Of a stretch of DNA of 22,949 nucleotides, positions 17,116 to 22,949 are shown in pieces. Made by a program: the position numbers and the translations under genes. Under the pieces are notes generated by a model. It saw nothing but the letters and a program-made list of their open reading frames with translations, was not told the origin of the DNA and searched no databases. Positions within the stretch are counted from its first letter, which is position 1, and every line of letters starts with the position of its first letter. Origin of the DNA: Candidatus Heimdallarchaeota archaeon (GTDB taxonomy: Archaea > Asgardarchaeota > Heimdallarchaeia > Heimdallarchaeales > Heimdallarchaeaceae); contig JABCTC010000051.1 in NCBI GenBank assembly GCA_018238545.1, positions 1-22,949 on the forward strand. The letters are read 5' to 3'.

Positions 17116-17937
17116 ATGTTTGCGAAGAAAGAGGATGAAGTTGTCAAAAAAACAAAAACACCAATAACTCAAACTAGACTAATTGAAGATTTTAAAAATC
17201 TGGGTTTGAAAGCTGGTGATATTGTTATAGTTCACAGTTCAATGAGTAAAATAGGTTGGATCGCTGGAACTTCAGTTGCTGTAGTAAATGCTCTAATGGA
17301 GGTTTTAACACCTGAAGGAACACTTGTAATGCCAACAATGACTTCAGATAATACAGATCCAGAAAACTGGAAAAACCCTCCAGTTCCTGATGATTGGAAA
17401 CAAATAATTCGTGATAATATGCCAGCCTATCATCCAGAATATTCTACTTCAAGAGGTATGGGTAGAATAGCTGAAACATTTCGTAATTATCCAGGTGTGT
17501 TAAGATCAAATCACCCTCAAAGTTCATTCACAGCATGGGGAAAGAATAAGGGTGATATTTGTAGTCGACATGACCTAACGCCATGTTTTGGTGAAAATAC
17601 TCCCCTTGAGAAGTTATACAATCTTAATGCAAAAATTCTCTTACTAGGTGTTGATCATGGAAACAACACATCACTCCATTATGCAGAATGTGAAGCCAAC
17701 TTTGATAACAAACCCATGCAAAAGCAAGGAGCAGCACTTTTTGATGAAGGAAAAAGAGTATGGGTAAGTTTTGAAGATCTTGATTATAATGATGAAGATT
17801 TTCTCCAAGTAGGAACAGAGTTTGAAAAAGAACATCCATTCCTTAAAGGAAAAATAGGTCAAGCAGACTCGAAATTACTTTCATTGAAGGAACTAATAGA
17901 TTTTGCAATAGTCTGGTTTGAGAAGAATCGGAAGTAG
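17116..17937 (+). CDS. AAC(3)/YokD-family N-acetyltransferase (Antibiotic_NAT)
   Basis: VHSSMSKIGW, GTLVMPT, MGRIAE.FR, RSNHPQSSF, LLLGV and NTSLHYAE. Confidence 0.9.
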   Translation: MFAKKEDEVVKKTKTPITQTRLIEDFKNLGLKAGDIVIVHSSMSKIGWIAGTSVAVVNALMEVLTPEGTLVMPTMTSDNTDPENWKNPPVPDDWKQIIRDNMPAYHPEYSTSRGMGRIAETFRNYPGVLRSNHPQSSFTAWGKNKGDICSRHDLTPCFGENTPLEKLYNLNAKILLLGVDHGNNTSLHYAECEANFDNKPMQKQGAALFDEGKRVWVSFEDLDYNDEDFLQVGTEFEKEHPFLKGKIGQADSKLLSLKELIDFAIVWFEKNRK

Positions 17938-17977
17938 CTTTTTATATTCTACTTTTTACTTTTCTCTGGTTAGTAAA

Positions 17978-19159
17978 TTGAAGGAAAAGGTATCTTCATT
18001 TATAGATGAAAATAGGGAGTTACTATTAGCAGTAAGTAAGGAAATCTTTGATAATCCAGAATTAGGATTTGAGGAGTTCAAAGCATCTAAGCTTTTATCA
18101 GAAAAACTTCAGGAAGCAAGATTCGAGACTAAACTTGGTGTAGCAAATCTAGAAACGGCAATTCAAGCAATACATCCAGATATTAGTGATGGTCCTACTG
18201 TAGCCATTCTAGCCGAATATGACGCTCTACCAGAGATAGGACATGCGTGTGGTCATAATTTAATAGCAACAGCAGCATTAGGAGCAAGCTTGGCTTTAGG
18301 TTCAATCAAAAAGGATTTACCAGGTAAATTGGTTTTCATGGGCACTCCAGCTGAAGAAGGGGGAGGAGGAAAAATATTCATGATCAAAGCAGGATTGTTT
18401 GACGAAGTTGATGCAGCAATAATGTTTCATCCTTCAGCTACCAAAAACTATGTTGGAAGAGGGGGAATAGCTATTCAAGAAATAAAGATAGAATTTTTTG
18501 GTAAAACAGCTCATGCTTCAGCTGAACCTGAAAAAGGGATTAATGCTTTGGATGCTATCATACAAACTTTCAATGGAATAAGTGCTTTAAGGCAACATAT
18601 AACCAGTGATGCTAGGATACATGGAATCATTACTAAGGGTGGAGTTAAACCTAATATTGTTCCTGATTATGCTTCAGCTGAATTTTATGTTAGAGCTCAA
18701 GATGATAATTATTGTACGGAACTGATTGACAAAGTAGAAAACTGCGCTAAAGGAGCATCTTTGAGTTCTGGAGCAAGGTTAGAATTTAGTAAAGTAGGAA
18801 ATGCATATATGTCTAGAAACGTGAATAAAACACTTGGTGCAGCATTTTCCAAAAACATGAATGCAATAGGAGAGGAAACTCATACTGCGCCTCTCGGAAA
18901 AGGCTTAGGTTCTAGTGATATAGGAAATGTCAGTCATGTTGTTCCTACGATTCATCCCTATATAGGGATAAGCAAAGTTGAGATCAATGGTCATTCAACA
19001 GATTTTGCCAAAGCGGCAAATAGTGAGTATGGAAACGAACAGATGTTAAAGATAACTAAAGCATTAGCAATGACAGCTATTGATGTTTTCACAAATTCAG
19101 AATTACTAAAAGAAATAAAAGAAGAATTTGCTGAAAGCAAGAAAAAAACATTAAAATAG
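17978..19159 (+). CDS. M20D amidohydrolase (Acy1L2/PM20D2/HmrA-like); start approximate
   Basis: PELGFEE, AEYDALP.IGHACGHN, GTPAEEGGGGK, MFHP, AHAS..PE.GINALDA and GSSDIGNVS. The ORF-track start overlaps the upstream gene. Confidence 0.9.
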   Translation: MKEKVSSFIDENRELLLAVSKEIFDNPELGFEEFKASKLLSEKLQEARFETKLGVANLETAIQAIHPDISDGPTVAILAEYDALPEIGHACGHNLIATAALGASLALGSIKKDLPGKLVFMGTPAEEGGGGKIFMIKAGLFDEVDAAIMFHPSATKNYVGRGGIAIQEIKIEFFGKTAHASAEPEKGINALDAIIQTFNGISALRQHITSDARIHGIITKGGVKPNIVPDYASAEFYVRAQDDNYCTELIDKVENCAKGASLSSGARLEFSKVGNAYMSRNVNKTLGAAFSKNMNAIGEETHTAPLGKGLGSSDIGNVSHVVPTIHPYIGISKVEINGHSTDFAKAANSEYGNEQMLKITKALAMTAIDVFTNSELLKEIKEEFAESKKKTLK

Positions 19160-19217
19160 AGTATAAATGATAAACGCACAAATAACTTGGTGAGAAATAT
19201 TCAAGAGGATATATAAG

Positions 19218-20075
19218 ATGGACAAAAAATACCGTATAGCTATAACTTTTGTTATCATTATAGCAATAACTATCATACCTGTTGTGCTTTTAGTAACTAC
19301 CAATAATACTATAGAAATAAATTCAGATGAAGATTTTCTCAATTATAGTTTTGAAGGTGATGGCACTGTTTCTAATCCTTACATTATTGAAGAACGGTTT
19401 ATATCTTCTGAAGATACTTATGCTATTTCAATCACTAATACCAGTAAATATTTCATAATCAGAGATTGTTATATCGCAGATAATTTTGAATACGGAATCT
19501 ATCTTAAAGATGTAAAAAATGATACAGCTTCAATTCTTAATAATCTGATTTTTGGTAATGGAATTGCCGGTGTATCACTGTCATCGTGTGATCAGGTGAG
19601 AATTGAAAATAACCTATTTACAGAGAATGCAAAAGGAATAAATCTAGAAAATTCCAATTATTGCACTATTAGTAATAATACTATATCAGTCTCAGAATAC
19701 GGAATTAATATTTGTAATGGAGACAACAATCTAATTGTAAACAACACCCTAAAGGAAAACAGCAAAAATGGTTTACTAGTTGATTGCGAGAGTAGACTCA
19801 ATTCCATTATTGCAAATGAGTTCAATAATAATACTCTAGAAGCCATAAACATTGACGATTTATGTAATAATATATTGATTTATCATAACTCCTTCATCTT
19901 CAATAACTTAGCTGGTATATCACAAGCAATTGATAACGGATTACATAACTCTTGGTTTTTCAATGATACTTCAGAAGGAAATTTCTGGAACGACTATGAT
20001 GACTCTGGTTTTTACCAAATAAGCGGTTCAGCAAATAGCACAGACCAATATCCTTTAGCTAATCCAATTATCTAA
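19218..20075 (+). CDS. N-terminally anchored NosD-like beta-helix surface protein
   Basis: N-terminal TM, GDGTVSNPYIIE, NN repeats and EGNFW...DQYP. Paralogous to the helix module of 5679-7886. Confidence 0.85.
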   Translation: MDKKYRIAITFVIIIAITIIPVVLLVTTNNTIEINSDEDFLNYSFEGDGTVSNPYIIEERFISSEDTYAISITNTSKYFIIRDCYIADNFEYGIYLKDVKNDTASILNNLIFGNGIAGVSLSSCDQVRIENNLFTENAKGINLENSNYCTISNNTISVSEYGINICNGDNNLIVNNTLKENSKNGLLVDCESRLNSIIANEFNNNTLEAINIDDLCNNILIYHNSFIFNNLAGISQAIDNGLHNSWFFNDTSEGNFWNDYDDSGFYQISGSANSTDQYPLANPII

Positions 20076-20102
20076 ACAAATTAACAATAATCTACTTCAA
20101 AG

Positions 20103-20621
20103 TTAGAGTTTTTTCTCCAAGAAAGACCAATCATGTCTTAATTCTTTAGGAACCTCAGCTTCTGGATATTCATCTATTTCTTCAAATCCATAGGATCGAT
20201 AAAGTTTCTGAGCAGCTTTCATAAAAGGTCCCACATCAAGTCTTAAGGCTTTATAGCAAAGATTTTGACTTTTTTTGATAAGCCTTTCCATCATCTTTTT
20301 CCCGTACCCTTTTCCTTGATATTCAGGTTTAATATACATCCGTTTAACTTCACCAGTGTCCCGATATATCTTTTTCAAAGCACACATTCCTATGAAGTCA
20401 TCGTTTTCTTTTAAGAGGTAAAAAACGCCACTGGGAGGTTGATAAATTTCCAACTCATCTAAGATCATTGCAGCATAGCTGTGCGGAGAACCAATGATTG
20501 ACTCAAATGATATATCCATATATTTCTCACCTTCTTCGGCTATCCATTCAAAATACTCTACATTAAGTTCTAACAGTATAGGTAAGTGTTTTGCTACATT
20601 CAGTCTAACAAATTTAATCAT
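20103..20621 (-). CDS. GNAT family N-acetyltransferase
   Basis: EVKRMYIKPEYQGKGYGK acetyl-CoA motif and A.KLY..YGF. GGTGG lies upstream of ATG 20621. Confidence 0.9.
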   Translation of the reverse strand: MIKFVRLNVAKHLPILLELNVEYFEWIAEEGEKYMDISFESIIGSPHSYAAMILDELEIYQPPSGVFYLLKENDDFIGMCALKKIYRDTGEVKRMYIKPEYQGKGYGKKMMERLIKKSQNLCYKALRLDVGPFMKAAQKLYRSYGFEEIDEYPEAEVPKELRHDWSFLEKKL

Positions 20622-20642
20622 GAAACCACCTTTCAAGTATCA

Positions 20643-22103
20643 TTAGCTATTAAGATAGCGATATGCTATTAATAAGTATAGTTTTGTTATATCCTTCAAC
20701 GTACTCAAATCAGCGTATTCATTAGCATTGTGAGCATTTCTTCCACCAGGACCAAAAACAAATATGTCCTTCATACCTGCTTCTCGCATATTACCACCAT
20801 CTGAAAAACCTGTACCATATGAAAAGATTGGGCTAGTCTCATAAACAGCTGTAAAAGCATTCCGAATAACTTTACCAAATTCAGAATTGGGATTTGTAGC
20901 AGACCCTTCCCCAATTGTAAGTATGGATAGATCAACATCCACTGGTTTGTCTTTGAATCTGGAATCATCATGTTGCAAATTAGTATAGCCTTCAGGTAAT
21001 TCGATACGATATTTCAGTTTTGAACAATATTTAACTAAAGAATCAAATAACTCTTGAGACTTCAAACCAGGCATTGTTCTAAAATCAACATCGAGGTCGC
21101 ACTTATCTGGTATAATATTAGTCTTGATCCCAGCTTTGATATCATTAAAGCTATACGTGGTGCGATAAAGTATTCCTGAATCCCTTTTATCCTTGTCAAG
21201 AGGCAACTTTTCCGGTTTAAACTTCCTCATTTCTCTATAACCTGTGAAACCTACTCTAGCAATAAGTTGTTTTAGTGATTGCCATTTTGTTATAGGTGGT
21301 TTTCTTTTTGGAATTTTTAATTTGCGCTTTGCGTTGACCATAAACCGGGTAGCTTTATTTATTGCATTGCTCTTTTCTTTTGGCCAACTACCATGCCCTG
21401 CAACACCATAAAAAGTAAACTTCAACCAATGAGGTCCTTTCTCACCCATACCTATATTGGGGCTCGCTAAAGGATGCCAAATACTTGGCTCTGAAATAAT
21501 GGTAGCATCAGCGTTAATTGCTTCTAGATGATGTTTAGTCATATAAGCTGAACCATATGCTCCATGCGTTTCCTCATCAGGTGTAAACCACATTTGAAGC
21601 TTTCCTTTGAATTTTTCACCTGACTCCTTCAGAAGTTTCATGGCCATTATTTGACAAGCTATTCCTGCCTTCATATCTATTGAACCTCGACCATATAATT
21701 TACCATCTTTAATAACGCCACCAATAGGTGGAGTTTCTTCATCCCAGTTATCCTTGTTATAAGGAACAATGTCCAGATGACCATTGAATTGGAGTGTTTT
21801 TCCTTTCGCTGACCCTTCCAATGATGCGATTAAATTGTAATAAAACTCATTCTTTTTTTTGCTAATAAATGGAACTTCGAACATCTCAGTTTTAAGACCT
21901 GTTTCTTCCATGATTTTCTTAGTATACTTGAAAATCTCTCTATTATCCCAGTACTGAAATTCTGACAAATTAAGAGATTCAATTTGAACTAGTTTCTGAA
22001 GAAGATCTGTTATTTCTTCCTCATTAGTATCAACTAGAGATAACAATTTTCGCTCTTTCTCTGTTAAAGGGAATTTGGGTTTAAATTTTTTCTCAGAAAC
22101 CAT
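20643..22103 (-). CDS. M20A ArgE/DapE-like metallopeptidase/deacylase
   Basis: FNGHLDIVP, GRGSIDMKAG, DEE, SEP, GHGS, NIIPD and AH.ANE. Confidence 0.9.
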   Translation of the reverse strand: MVSEKKFKPKFPLTEKERKLLSLVDTNEEEITDLLQKLVQIESLNLSEFQYWDNREIFKYTKKIMEETGLKTEMFEVPFISKKKNEFYYNLIASLEGSAKGKTLQFNGHLDIVPYNKDNWDEETPPIGGVIKDGKLYGRGSIDMKAGIACQIMAMKLLKESGEKFKGKLQMWFTPDEETHGAYGSAYMTKHHLEAINADATIISEPSIWHPLASPNIGMGEKGPHWLKFTFYGVAGHGSWPKEKSNAINKATRFMVNAKRKLKIPKRKPPITKWQSLKQLIARVGFTGYREMRKFKPEKLPLDKDKRDSGILYRTTYSFNDIKAGIKTNIIPDKCDLDVDFRTMPGLKSQELFDSLVKYCSKLKYRIELPEGYTNLQHDDSRFKDKPVDVDLSILTIGEGSATNPNSEFGKVIRNAFTAVYETSPIFSYGTGFSDGGNMREAGMKDIFVFGPGGRNAHNANEYADLSTLKDITKLYLLIAYRYLNS

Positions 22104-22232
22104 TTATTTCACAATGTTCTGATAAAGGTAGTATTTATCTGTCTTTCCTAATAATCATTGTGAATAATAGAATTATATAGCTTTTTGCACTTCTAAGTAT
22201 GTTTTGAATAAAAAGGTAAGACCATTTTGAAA

Positions 22233-22271
22233 TATTTGCAAGCGTTTGCGTTATTTGCAAACGTTTAAATA
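22233..22271 (+). promoter_or_regulatory. Tandem palindromic operator-like repeats overlapping a TATA-like box
   Basis: TATTTGCAAGCGTTT (22233-22247) and TATTTGCAAACGTTT (22252-22266), with TTTAAATA at 22264-22271. Confidence 0.6.
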
Positions 22272-22328
22272 TGTTTCATGAGGTAAGGGGTACAGAATGT
22301 TAAATTTACAAAGTAAAAGTGATTATTC

Positions 22329-22949
22329 ATGATAGAAGAAAATTCAGATATTGTAATAAGTTTAAGGAATTTATCAAAAAAATTTGGTGAGTTCTATGCA
22401 GTGTCCAATTTTTCCCTAGATGTGAAAAAAGGCGAGATAATTGGGCTGTTAGGGCCCAACGGAGCCGGAAAGACGACAACTATGAAAATGATTTCGAGAT
22501 TATTATTACCATCAACAGGAGAAGTTTGGATTAGAGACAATGGTAACTTAGAGTTATTAACTAATAAGACTAAAGATTCGCTATTAGATCATTTAGGTTT
22601 TCTAATAGAAAATCCTGCGTTTTATGACCACATGACACCAAGACAAATTCTATCCTATTTTGCAAAATTGAAAGGGTATCCTAAGACATTGATACGTTCA
22701 AGAGTTGAAGAAGTAGTAGATATGATAGGGTTAGAAGGGTGGATTGATAAAAAAGTAGGAACATTTTCCAAAGGAATGAGACAGAAGCTAGGTATTGTTT
22801 CAGCTCTCGTTCATGACCCAGATATTCTAGTGCTAGACGAGCCACAAACAGGTTTAGATCCAAAAGCAAGAAAAGAGATTCGAGAATTACTCTTAAGATT
22901 AAAACATCAGGGAAAAACTATTTTCCTAAGTAGTCATCTACTTTATGAA
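22329..22949 (+). CDS. ABC transporter ATP-binding protein (ABC-2/DrrA type), 3' truncated by window
   Basis: Hand translation shows Walker A GPNGAGKT, signature FSKGMRQ, Walker B ILVLDEP and H-loop SSH. Absent from the ORF track because it has no stop in the window. Confidence 0.93.
   Translation, partial: MIEENSDIVISLRNLSKKFGEFYAVSNFSLDVKKGEIIGLLGPNGAGKTTTMKMISRLLLPSTGEVWIRDNGNLELLTNKTKDSLLDHLGFLIENPAFYDHMTPRQILSYFAKLKGYPKTLIRSRVEEVVDMIGLEGWIDKKVGTFSKGMRQKLGIVSALVHDPDILVLDEPQTGLDPKARKEIRELLLRLKHQGKTIFLSSHLLYE

Overview
This is a low-GC archaeal window, very probably from an Asgard archaeon (Heimdallarchaeia-like; inferred from an Arf-family GTPase, beta-helix surface proteins, and TATA boxes ~25 nt upstream of starts). 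It opens with a 116-nt GC-rich, hairpin-forming segment that looks like a mobile-element end, possibly an IS200/IS605-type right end. That segment replaces the 5' part of a decayed PHP-domain gene. Next come a zinc-ribbon membrane protein, a tldD-pmbA operon, a methyltransferase, a 74-aa unknown protein, and a large beta-helix/Ca-binding-repeat surface protein with a PEF-CTERM-like anchor. Two broken paralogous membrane-protein genes flank an inverted degV. These are followed by an MBL hydrolase, DUF2804, nadX, pepT, and an Arf-like GTPase divergent from a membrane acyltransferase-like gene. The last block holds methyl/acetyl-transferases and M20 hydrolases, then a truncated ABC ATPase with a tandem palindromic operator. 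No CRISPR array, tRNA or rRNA was recognised. Families were assigned from motifs by eye; no database search was run.
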